Source: Bacteroidia bacterium (lineage in GTDB: Bacteria > Bacteroidota > Bacteroidia > M30B66). Taken from it: a DNA stretch of 64,000 nucleotides. Below the pieces are notes generated by a model, which saw only the letters and a program-made list of their open reading frames with translations, was not told the DNA's origin and made no database searches. The position numbers and the translations under genes were made by a program. Below, piece by piece: positions 53,001 through 61,736 of the stretch. How positions within the stretch are numbered: the stretch's first letter is position 1; each line of letters starts with the position of its first letter. Location: assembly GCA_965279035.1 (NCBI GenBank), contig OZ257142.1, positions 3,456,001-3,520,000 on the forward strand, read 5' to 3'.

Positions 53001-56000
53001 CTACTGGTGATACAGAAACTAAATAGTTCATACTTGCACAAATGCTATCACCTAATTGTAAAATATTAGCAGAAGAAATCTCATTAATTGAAACATCAAT
53101 ACTCGCCGTATCAATACACCCACTCAAATGCGAAACTATAACAGTATAGCTAGTATCATTATTTGGAGAATCGTAAGCAATTGAGTTATTAAGGCTATCA
53201 GCGGTCGCGTTCATGCTCCATTGGTATGTATGAGCATTTGTTACTAACGTATCTGTTGCAATAAATGGGTTGCTATTGTTAAAACCAAGATTATTAGTAG
53301 CATTTGAATCAACAGCGTGAAGTGAAATTGGACTACCACCACAAATAGAACTTTGACTGAGAATAATATGAGCTTGCACTCCATGATTTTGAATTTCTAA
53401 TGCATTGAAAACATATATGAGACCACCATTAGTGGTTACTGTTGCAGAATAAAGCCCTTGCTCAACATTTATATTAAGAATTGTGTCTTGAATTGTTAAA
53501 TCGGAAACAAGTAAAATGCTATCCAATTCAATTTTATATAATTGAATGTGCTTATCACTAGAATCAGTAAAATGTAAACTAATAATGCCTAGAGAATCTG
53601 CATTACAAGGATGCTTTAGAGATACTGTCGCTGCAGATTGCAAACAACAATCAGGAGAACCTGCCATAGCAGATATTTGAGACTGAGTTGAAGGCGATGC
53701 GTTATTTATGAAACTTTGTGAAAGGTAATTTGATGTATACAAAGCAGAATCATTACATTCTGTGTAACCAGTAAAGGTTGCTTCTAATATGCGATATAAA
53801 AAGTTACTTTGGAAAACAGAAGGTGATAAATTACATGTTGATTGATCTAGTTTAAATCTTAATGCAAATTGGAGATGAGCTCCGGCGTGAAGTGTATCTA
53901 CAGATGGAAATGCTAATACTAAAACAGTTGTCGGAGGCGTTGGAAAATCTTCAAATTGAAAAGAGTAATTAGGATCAATGGTATCATTGAGATAATTACC
54001 ACTTTGGCTTGACAAAGAATCTCCAGCTAAAAAATACTCAAACGTACTTGAACCAGTATTTAAAATTAAGCCAGAAGGAATGTTAATTAGTAATTTCCCA
54101 TTTACAATATTTGGGCGATTAATAGGATTATCAATATCAATTAACCATGTTAAGTCACAGCCTGAAGAGTCATTATTAATAATTAACTGCGAGCTTCTGT
54201 TTACATAAGCAGTATCACGATGAAAATTAACAATTGAAGTCCCCCCAAAACATTGAGGAGCTCTATTAACATTCTCTTTAAAAACTTCGAATGAATCAGT
54301 TATACAAAAGCATCCATAGTTTAAAGAAAGTCTATAATTATCAATGCCACAAACAACCGGAATAGCTAATTGTGTTGACATACTGTCTATTGGAAAACCA
54401 TTTTGAAAAAAATGATAAACAACTCCAAGTGAATCAATAACACTTAATGAATCATTCAAAAATGGTATTGTCGGGGAAAAAGGATTTATTGTTACAGGTA
54501 AATTAGGTGCGTTCGGCAGTAAACTTGAAACACCGTAACTCAACCAACAATTACCTATTTGTAATGAATCAGGCGATTTAATATGAAGATCAAAATGGAC
54601 TGAATCCGATTCAGCAATTCCTTGTATTTGATTAGGCATAGGTAATCCTAGAAACAATCCATTAAATACATTAGGGGAAGTATATATCCAATATGGTGTT
54701 TTAACTTTTTGAATATCAAATTGACTATGATTTGATACATCAACCGAATCATAAAATGAATAATCAACAAGCCGTAAAGAATCAACTACATATAAATAAG
54801 TTGGTATAAAATCTGAATCAATATAGTTTAAAGGGGATATGTAGGCAAAATCATAAAACGGGAGTTTGTGTGGTATTGTATCATTCCCGCTTGAACAAAA
54901 TTTGTTTGCTTTTATATAAATGTCCTGAAAGCCAGGTTTCTCAAGAGGATGCAAAAATGTTTGATTAGGATACCAAAGTTTTCTAAGTGTATCTGAATAA
55001 ACTAATGTATCTGTTCCATTTTCAATTGCAAAACCTTCAATAAAATTGCTTGAATATGCAGTATCTGCATATCCAATAAATGGTCGAAACTCATATGGAA
55101 AATCATCCATAAAGGTTCCTAAACCTCCAGAAAGCCGAATCTTAAAATGTGCTTCTGATATACAATGAGATGTAGAATCGTTTTGTGTAATGATTGAAAT
55201 CGACTTGTTGGGTACTAAAACTTTTAACTGAGTTCCCCAAGGATCGCAGCTATAAGTTGTCAATTGCGAATCCATATTAGTAGAACAGATAAATTGCCCT
55301 CTAAATAATACCGGATTTATTGGAGTTGTTACATCAGGTAGAACCCAAAATTCTGCATTAAGTCTGAGTTTATATGAATGAGTATTGATTGAATTGAGTT
55401 GAGGGAGTGCTGATAAGTTATCAATACCTAATTCAAAACTATAAAGTGTATCTCCACTCATTCCAAATACACTTGAATTATTGGGATTAATATTTTGAAC
55501 AATCAATGGAACTGAAAAAGAATCAGCAGCAATTGAATCTATAAAATAAAGTTCCGAATTCTTTAATTTTAACAATGGTTGATCACCAATTATTGTATGA
55601 GCTAATTCAAATGAAATATTTTGAAATTCAAATGTTTCACTACTACCATTGACTGTTAAATCAGGATAAGAGACCAAAGTCCCAATTGAAGATAATTTAA
55701 CAATATCAAATGGATATAGCTTGGTTAATTCATTACTAATTATAGATTCTCTTAGTATGCTTGGTAATGAAGGATTTGAAATATCAATTAATGAATCAAT
55801 ATGCAATGTTAATTCATCCCTTGATAATATAGGAGTATTAGGAAAATCAGTAGTATCACGAAAACCAAAGGTTGATCTTTCCAAATTTACACTCTTTGTT
55901 CCCATTGGTACAAATCCATCACATTCTCCCGGACAATGTGCAACTACATTCAAAGTATTGCATGCAAGTGTTTTATAACATTCTTCACACGAAGCGCAAA

Positions 56001-57942
56001 AAGCTTGGATTTGCATTAATAATTGAATTCCACCTGAATTGGGCGGATTACCAAAGGGACATGAATTTAAATTGTAATCAAATGAAAAATTAACAACAGA
56101 ATCTAAACTAGACCCAAGTGGAATTGTTAATGTATAATTGATAAATGTACCATGATTCGGGTTACTTATAACGTTATCAATTGGAACTAAATCATTATTA
56201 ACATAAAGCTGCTGAACATTATAACTTAATGGATTAATTGCATCGTCTGGAACTGGAATATGGAATACTGCTCTGTATTTTATAGTTGAATCACATGCTA
56301 ATCCTAATATATTTGATGGAATAATGCCACTCGGATAAAAGGAATAACTGACTCTGTCAGGAGCCATATCATGATCAATGTTAACAAAAGCATCAATATA
56401 ATCACCACCAGACGAATCCTGAATACTTAAAGGTGTTATTGAAGAAATATAATCTGATTCGCAAGAATTTTTCCAATAAAGTTTTATCGGTGTGTTTGCA
56501 AATGAATTAATATTATTGATTACTTGATTACTTTTTCCTTGCAGATAGAATTGGGAATTAAAACAACTTTGCTGTTTATTGCAATCATAATTGAATTTAA
56601 TTCTTAAATAGAAAAAGTTAGAATTTAACCAAGGACCTTGTGTACTCAATTGTGTTGAATCGATATAACTTTGAAATCCTGGCCAAATATTAGATGAAGA
56701 AAAATTATTTATCAAATCAATAGATAAAATTGAATTATTTGGACTTAAAGAATCAATAGTAAAATCTATTGGACCTAGAATTGGAATCAAATTATTCAAT
56801 GAATTTCCTATAAATATGCTATCAACTCCAGATATGTAGTTTGCATTCAATGCAATATCTATACTATCAATGAGAGCAATAGGGCCAGTTTTGGAGATTA
56901 AAATATCGTAGTTGTACAACCCTCCACAACTTGGCTTAACAGTACTATCAGCAACACTTAAGTTGACATAAGTGTTTGCAAATGTTTGATTTCCAGAAAT
57001 CCTTCCATACATATTAGCTGAAGTGATATTATTACCTGAACAACAAATTCGCTCAATTTTTATAACACTAGATGTATTGGGTTGAACACAAAATAGCTGA
57101 ACCTTTTGTCTGAATTTAAGAGTTTTTAAATTATTGGTGATCGAATAGTAATTTGCTAACGTATTTAAGTTTATTGAGGAATTAATTATTGAAGAGCCAA
57201 TTGTGTTATTCAATGAAATATTGGGACTAATGCCATTAGAGGGATTATTATCCACTAAAATCAATTCTTGATGTTGGACATCGTTTTCTTGCTCAATAAC
57301 TAAATCAAAAGTATTAATTGAAGTTGAATTAACTTTTACTTCAAATTCACGGTAATATATTTCACCAGAATTTCCTTGATAATTACTTAACAGTGTTGGA
57401 GTGATTTGAAATGCGGGAGAAGAATTTTGAAATGTAACATAAGCAGGAGTGCCTGTTGATAATTGCATCGGTGAATTATTGAAAGAAAACGAGGGAACAC
57501 CAGAGTTATCTTCATAGTGTGCTTGAAATCTTAGATCTGATAAATTCAATACTGAACCATTTGCAGCTAAATCATTAAGACAATTAGACAATTGAAAAGT
57601 AAAGTTCAATTGTCCAGTATTTGAAACAGGAAAAGTAATTTCAACAAAACCGTTAGTACTATCAGTTACTACATAATTAGAAGGTAAAGTTGTTAAGTCA
57701 AAACTATTGGGGAAATATAAAACTATCGAATTTGTATTTTGAACACTATATGAAATATTCAAATTTAATTGAGATTCACAAGGATATAGAGGAACTTGCC
57801 CTGTAATTCCATTTCCTGTTGTAAATGAATTTACAAGAGTCTGACTTTGAATGCAAAAACTAGAAAACAATAAAAGAAAACTGAGAAGTAATCTAAATTT
57901 AACATTAAAAATGTTTCTATTTTTTAGGTAGATATTTTCCAT
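50062..57942 (-). CDS. Giant 2626-aa T9SS-secreted surface protein (Ig-like and beta-helix-like regions)
   Basis: Signal peptide, N/S/I-rich, parallel beta-helix-like repeats, CPALGGSAVFKAR, IYPNPT CTD. Confidence 0.88.
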   Translation of the reverse strand: MENIYLKNRNIFNVKFRLLLSFLLLFSSFCIQSQTLVNSFTTGNGITGQVPLYPCESQLNLNISYSVQNTNSIVLYFPNSFDLTTLPSNYVVTDSTNGFVEITFPVSNTGQLNFTFQLSNCLNDLAANGSVLNLSDLRFQAHYEDNSGVPSFSFNNSPMQLSTGTPAYVTFQNSSPAFQITPTLLSNYQGNSGEIYYREFEVKVNSTSINTFDLVIEQENDVQHQELILVDNNPSNGISPNISLNNTIGSSIINSSINLNTLANYYSITNNLKTLKFRQKVQLFCVQPNTSSVIKIERICCSGNNITSANMYGRISGNQTFANTYVNLSVADSTVKPSCGGLYNYDILISKTGPIALIDSIDIALNANYISGVDSIFIGNSLNNLIPILGPIDFTIDSLSPNNSILSIDLINNFSSSNIWPGFQSYIDSTQLSTQGPWLNSNFFYLRIKFNYDCNKQQSCFNSQFYLQGKSNQVINNINSFANTPIKLYWKNSCESDYISSITPLSIQDSSGGDYIDAFVNIDHDMAPDRVSYSFYPSGIIPSNILGLACDSTIKYRAVFHIPVPDDAINPLSYNVQQLYVNNDLVPIDNVISNPNHGTFINYTLTIPLGSSLDSVVNFSFDYNLNSCPFGNPPNSGGIQLLMQIQAFCASCEECYKTLACNTLNVVAHCPGECDGFVPMGTKSVNLERSTFGFRDTTDFPNTPILSRDELTLHIDSLIDISNPSLPSILRESIISNELTKLYPFDIVKLSSIGTLVSYPDLTVNGSSETFEFQNISFELAHTIIGDQPLLKLKNSELYFIDSIAADSFSVPLIVQNINPNNSSVFGMSGDTLYSFELGIDNLSALPQLNSINTHSYKLRLNAEFWVLPDVTTPINPVLFRGQFICSTNMDSQLTTYSCDPWGTQLKVLVPNKSISIITQNDSTSHCISEAHFKIRLSGGLGTFMDDFPYEFRPFIGYADTAYSSNFIEGFAIENGTDTLVYSDTLRKLWYPNQTFLHPLEKPGFQDIYIKANKFCSSGNDTIPHKLPFYDFAYISPLNYIDSDFIPTYLYVVDSLRLVDYSFYDSVDVSNHSQFDIQKVKTPYWIYTSPNVFNGLFLGLPMPNQIQGIAESDSVHFDLHIKSPDSLQIGNCWLSYGVSSLLPNAPNLPVTINPFSPTIPFLNDSLSVIDSLGVVYHFFQNGFPIDSMSTQLAIPVVCGIDNYRLSLNYGCFCITDSFEVFKENVNRAPQCFGGTSIVNFHRDTAYVNRSSQLIINNDSSGCDLTWLIDIDNPINRPNIVNGKLLINIPSGLILNTGSSTFEYFLAGDSLSSQSGNYLNDTIDPNYSFQFEDFPTPPTTVLVLAFPSVDTLHAGAHLQFALRFKLDQSTCNLSPSVFQSNFLYRILEATFTGYTECNDSALYTSNYLSQSFINNASPSTQSQISAMAGSPDCCLQSAATVSLKHPCNADSLGIISLHFTDSSDKHIQLYKIELDSILLVSDLTIQDTILNINVEQGLYSATVTTNGGLIYVFNALEIQNHGVQAHIILSQSSICGGSPISLHAVDSNATNNLGFNNSNPFIATDTLVTNAHTYQWSMNATADSLNNSIAYDSPNNDTSYTVIVSHLSGCIDTASIDVSINEISSANILQLGDSICASMNYLVSVSPVGGIFSINGLSNNSFVVDPSSYISDTLMLTYSFTNDSGCVSIDTAITISSNTLCNCQICDSLGTPLYIIPANVLTTSQLATSLGLSILSDKCIQLNHSLTVDNIFEFNNCDITIAGGKEIKVTGTLKLDSCNLKGCEQMWNGINNLGKLKISNCNIKDAHYGILLRRFGNAYSNVDNTIFENNFVAIKSGDELGEHPLALKSCSFIGGQLLQTFPNQSPLPLGYSLAGIVATNYYNLYVTSGSRFKNLCNGVILNKYAYAKVYQSKFDNIQPFGVNYQGSSYWLDNQISPISQFNNVSGNGIYASTNSFLFVGGFSQLEPNNWGNNTHFNNCNKGVFVNASDVHVRNCSFDNVNVGVRGLNLRAKSFKIMKNKIASKIQGVSLMQSDFMLNDTIGYNTITSLPLFSQLPQVSFNNGIFVSNQFMGRYTTILANKITSSFGISVNSATGIRIQSDTIVILPFTFFNSSWDIGGGIYMSNTNKSLVSCNFINGNTTTRQFGINLTNSRNGIIKNNYVNNSRYGFKIYGNCQTDSFKLNTIVNHQYGVDITATGILGNQINNGNKWTGGYIITPARRQSTNSANTTLNSFTVHNPSDLTIYPIFPPFQPFTGFCEGDFFYCDNSFNSPSEPYCSIISAPAFVTGASVKDQENLARLLAYDSLAFDPFTESVKFSLSKDIFQALNSQELILPDTGNFVSFIEAYQQSPAQNYVYVDQTQVINETSETTDQIKKGYLQEMKLVMSQIDILDSTIIADNLYDDEQTINQRAALVTIIYQLKLQLELIDNNVLDKQGFARDSSFLYNNGVVTNIEFEDFERRVNKIYLNTVAQNNLIFDEFQISELYEIAHLCPALGGSAVFKARSLYALINDTALYNDDGVCIQQGVMFRLSKTDMSNSNNNLNQFLRIYPNPTTGKFIIRSLLPGSNDFIIKIMNSMGQLIYNKSLRISGEFEVDILNPVAQGLYFIQVFDNSGLKVLNEKLIKR

Positions 57943-58091
57943 ACTGATTAAATTAAATTACTAAATGAGATTGGGGGCTAATTACTTTACCTTTCAGCTA
58001 AAATATAAAATCCTTTCAAATAGACAACAATTGTTCAAAAGTTTGTTTATAAGTCCTGTTTGATTCACCTGAAACGGGAACAACCGCTTAG

Positions 58092-58223
58092 GGCTAACGT
58101 TCCGCACACACCTGAAGAGCCAAATGAGGCGAACGAAATGCTTTAGATAAGACGAATATAACAAGAAAAACGAATGCCTCAAACTCCCGAAATGCTTGGC
58201 TTTGCTGGTGTGTGCTGTTAGCG
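58092..58223 (-). repeat. attC-like site A, intact
   Basis: Family A sequence. Confidence 0.9.
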
Positions 58224-58374
58224 GTTCGTTGTTTTTTGTTCATTGATTATCAATGTTATTTTCCAGAAATAAACAATTTGTATACTGCAAGAATGATAAT
58301 TGCAAATGTAATTGTGCCTAAAATAAAGGCAACCTTTTTCATTCTTTGTTTATTTTCTTGTTTCATTTCTTGAT

Positions 58375-59127
58375 TTATTTATTTTTTCTTCCAAGTTTTA
58401 ATATCAATCTCCATGTTACTGTTTTTTCTTCGCTTGCATTAGTCCATGCCGACAGAAGTTTATGAAACAATTCATCTGTAGGGTTAATTTGATTTTCATT
58501 AATGAATCGTTGAGTGGCTGACCACGTATTTAAATAACCAATGAAATCATACAAAGTCATTGATTTTTCATAAAAATAATCTGGAGCATTAATTTTCTGA
58601 AATGGAAATGGAATGGTTCGGTATTCTTTTTCCACTATTCTATTTTCTACGAGCCAATAGTTATCCAAGGTATTGTAGTGAAAATGATTTACAATTTCAT
58701 CAACTTCTTTTGAAACAGTTGGAATACCATAACACCAAGCTGCAATAATTCCGTTTGGCTTCAATACTCTATTTACTTCTTTATAAAACACATCGAAATT
58801 GAACCAATGTAAGGCATTAGCAATAGTAATTAGGTCAACTGAATTTTTTAGAATAGAATTATTTTCTGCTGTTTCTACTAAATATTTCACATTTGGATGT
58901 GGCAAACAATGTTTGATTTGTTTTTCGCTTGGGTCGGTTGCAATTACTTGCTCATAATGTTCTGCTAATCCAATTGCTGCTTGTCCATTACCAGTTCCAC
59001 AATCCCAAACCAACTTATGTTCTTTTGACAGCAATGCTAAAAACGAATAAAGTTCATTCGGGTAAAGTGGACGATACTTTACATAAATATCCGACTGTTT
59101 TGAAAAATTATCTTTAAAAAGTGCCAT
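58375..59127 (-). CDS. Class I SAM-dependent methyltransferase
   Basis: Y.KYRP.YP, WDCGTGNGQ, ANALHWF. Confidence 0.9.
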   Translation of the reverse strand: MALFKDNFSKQSDIYVKYRPLYPNELYSFLALLSKEHKLVWDCGTGNGQAAIGLAEHYEQVIATDPSEKQIKHCLPHPNVKYLVETAENNSILKNSVDLITIANALHWFNFDVFYKEVNRVLKPNGIIAAWCYGIPTVSKEVDEIVNHFHYNTLDNYWLVENRIVEKEYRTIPFPFQKINAPDYFYEKSMTLYDFIGYLNTWSATQRFINENQINPTDELFHKLLSAWTNASEEKTVTWRLILKLGRKNK

Positions 59128-59134
59128 TGCTATT

Positions 59135-59689
59135 TTAATTCAGTTTGTAAAAAGGTTCAATGATTTTCCATTTTGTTCCTTCGGGTTGATTGTAATTGTA
59201 TTCTTCAAATGCTCCTCCCCAAACATTGTTTGGATATTTAATGAGTTGGTCAATGATTAAAACCATTGTTGGATATGGAATTATTCTTTTTGCTTCTTCT
59301 AATGAAAACCATTTTGTTCGTGTTGTATCTGAAAAAGAATTTCCGTTTGTGTAGCCAGTGAAATGAACTACATAAATTGGTTTAACTGTTACTCTGTATC
59401 GGTTTGGTTTTTGGTAAGTGAACATTCCCCCCAATTTATAAGTGTCGTATTTGAAGCCAAGATAAATTGCAACTGAATCCATTAAGTTTTTTAAAGTGAT
59501 TGGCCCCTCGTAACCAACTCCTTCTAATTCCCAAGCTTGATAACTGTTGTCATAGCGTAAAAGAATTTGTTTACTGTCATTCATCACTAAATACTTTGTC
59601 CATGTAGTTGTGATGCTGTCAGCTCTTGTTTGTGAAAAGCAATGAAATGAGACTAATAAAATAAGTGTTGTTGCCAAAATATTTTTCAT
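59135..59689 (-). CDS. Secreted hypothetical protein, possible degenerate Nudix fold
   Basis: Signal peptide; KQILL...WE..G, KWFSLEEA. Confidence 0.6.
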   Translation of the reverse strand: MKNILATTLILLVSFHCFSQTRADSITTTWTKYLVMNDSKQILLRYDNSYQAWELEGVGYEGPITLKNLMDSVAIYLGFKYDTYKLGGMFTYQKPNRYRVTVKPIYVVHFTGYTNGNSFSDTTRTKWFSLEEAKRIIPYPTMVLIIDQLIKYPNNVWGGAFEEYNYNQPEGTKWKIIEPFYKLN

Positions 59690-59773
59690 TGTCGTTTTAT
59701 TTGTTAAAGTTAAATTTTTGTCTGCTCGCTTTTTGCATAAATGTTTGGGTTAGTAGCGTTGCTTTACAATGAC

Positions 59774-59906
59774 CGCTAACGCTCCGCGTGCAACTCGAGG
59801 TTTGGGAATTGGTCAGCAGAATGCTTTAGATTAGACGAATATAGCAAGAAAATTGAAATGATTTAACCGAGCAGAATGCCCAAATCTTGAGTGCACGCTG
59901 TTATAA
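59774..59906 (-). repeat. attC-like site B
   Basis: Family B sequence. Confidence 0.9.
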
Positions 59907-60348
59907 GATGCGCGCCAACTCAGCAAATGCGTGACTAGCAATGTTCAATCAAAATAAGACATTCCAAAATCTCATTACAAAGAAGCTTTCCCAAAACTCA
60001 GAGCAGATTTGTTTGCATTCTAAGCTGAATATAGAATTTGAAACTCTATAATGCCTTTCCTTCATTCTCATTCTCGAGGCCATTTTTTATGGATCTCGCT
60101 TACCAAACTAGTAAAGGCATTTCAATTCGATTTCATTCTAGTAAAATATCAAGCAAACATAGCCGTGAATAATATTTCTGCTGAATTTGAGTTCCGCCCT
60201 TTTCAATGGCTTATTTTGAACTTGTAAAATCTAAGGCGATTTTATTCTATTCGATTCCAGCTAAAAATAGCTTTTGCAAATTGTCTAGAAAATCCATTTG
60301 TGCAAAATGATAGCCGACTTTGCGGAAGAGATTCGCGTTTCTTATAAC
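59900..60348. repeat. Non-coding cassette Y
   Basis: Homologous to 47482-47928. Confidence 0.9.
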
Positions 60349-60474
60349 GCTCCGCGTGCAACTCGAGGTTTGGGAATTGGTCAGCAGAATGCTTTAGATT
60401 AGACGAATATAGCAAGAAAATTGAAATGATTTAACCGAGCAGAATGCCCAAATCTTGAGTGCACGCTGTTATTT
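60342..60474 (-). repeat. attC-like site B
   Basis: Family B sequence. Confidence 0.9.
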
Positions 60475-60852
60475 GATGCGCGCCAAGTCCGATTCAGTTC
60501 TAGCAAACTTTCCAAGCAAAAAAAGCGACTTGAATACACATTCTGAAATAAGGCCAATAACCATTCATCAAATTTCCTGTGTTTGTCGCCATCAATTCTC
60601 TAGTTTATTTCAATTGTCCTTTAACTTGATCTCATATGCAGTTAATTCCAGGCATATGGCGACAAACTTTTTAAAAAACCTCTCAAATGGTTTTTGCCTT
60701 TCCCTCAAATGCCGAGCTTTTTTTTCAAGAGCGATTAGACATTCGTTTATTACTTTATTATTTCCTGATAGCCGAAACTTCCTTTCGCCTTGAATGAATT
60801 ATCTGACCACAATGCGAATGGCGAGTTTGGAAAATTTCGCGTTTCAAATAAC
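60468..60852. repeat. Non-coding cassette X, copy 4
   Basis: Homologous to the other X copies. Confidence 0.9.
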
Positions 60853-60977
60853 GTTTTGCGGGTTTAAGAAGTTGGCGATTTCGGAGCACAAAACTGTCAA
60901 CCTGCACGAATGTTTGATTGGAAAACTGAACTTCAATTAACCACTGAACCGCCAATTTCTTAAACCCGCTGTTACCG
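60846..60977 (-). repeat. attC-like site, family D
   Basis: GCGGGTTTAAGAAGTTGGCG...CGCCAATTTCTTAAACCCGC-T-GTTA. Confidence 0.9.
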
Positions 60978-61303
60978 GATGCCCTTCTATCTATCCTAAG
61001 CGTTGAATTGTCAATTTTGCAACCACAATTTTCAAAGTGTTTAGCAGTTAGGGTGTTGTCTGTCAAAGTTTGCAGTGGTGTGGTGGAATGAAGTTTTATT
61101 TTTTTGTGCGGTGGGGATTTTTGTTTTTAAATTTTATTTGGGGTGGAAAAATAAATACTCTCTTACAAGTTTTGGTTTCAGCGTGGGGCTGTGGGACTTG
61201 TAAGAGTGTATTTATTTGCGCGAGGGCTTTTTGATTCAACATCAATTTATAAGAAATACGAGATTTATACTTCAATGATAGAAAAAAATTCCTTTCGAAG
61301 AAC

Positions 61304-61705
61304 CTAAACCTTATCTATTTTTTTCTTGCCTGTGAGAAGGATATACATAATGTATAAAGCAACCATAAAGGAATCAGCAATCACTGCTGTTCCTGCTCCA
61401 AATCCCATGTAACTTTCAGTTGAAGAAAGCACGAGGACAATGAATATAACTTTGCTGCTTCCAGCAATTACAAGAACAAATCGCCTTACCGATTCTGTAA
61501 ATGCTCCGTAGATAAGCATCATGCCAATAAGTCCAATTAATGCTCCCCAATTGCGAACAATGATTTCGGATAGATTGCCTTCTATTGTTTGCCCAAAATT
61601 TGATTGAAGCGAAGCTTGAGGCGAGATTAATGCCAGGAGCATTGTACAGGTTAAAAGTCCTGAAACAAGCATAACCCATTTGAAGTTTGATACGAAGAAA
61701 CGCAT
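61304..61705 (-). CDS. Small membrane protein
   Basis: Four hydrophobic segments. Confidence 0.75.
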   Translation of the reverse strand: MRFFVSNFKWVMLVSGLLTCTMLLALISPQASLQSNFGQTIEGNLSEIIVRNWGALIGLIGMMLIYGAFTESVRRFVLVIAGSSKVIFIVLVLSSTESYMGFGAGTAVIADSFMVALYIMYILLTGKKKIDKV

Positions 61706-61736
61706 AGCTTAAGAGTTTTTATTTTGTGAAATATTA

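Noticed and set aside
1356-60977. CRISPR array interpretation of the recurring repeats
   Set aside because: Repeats are about 132 bp, the intervening segments are gene-sized and variable, and there are no cas genes
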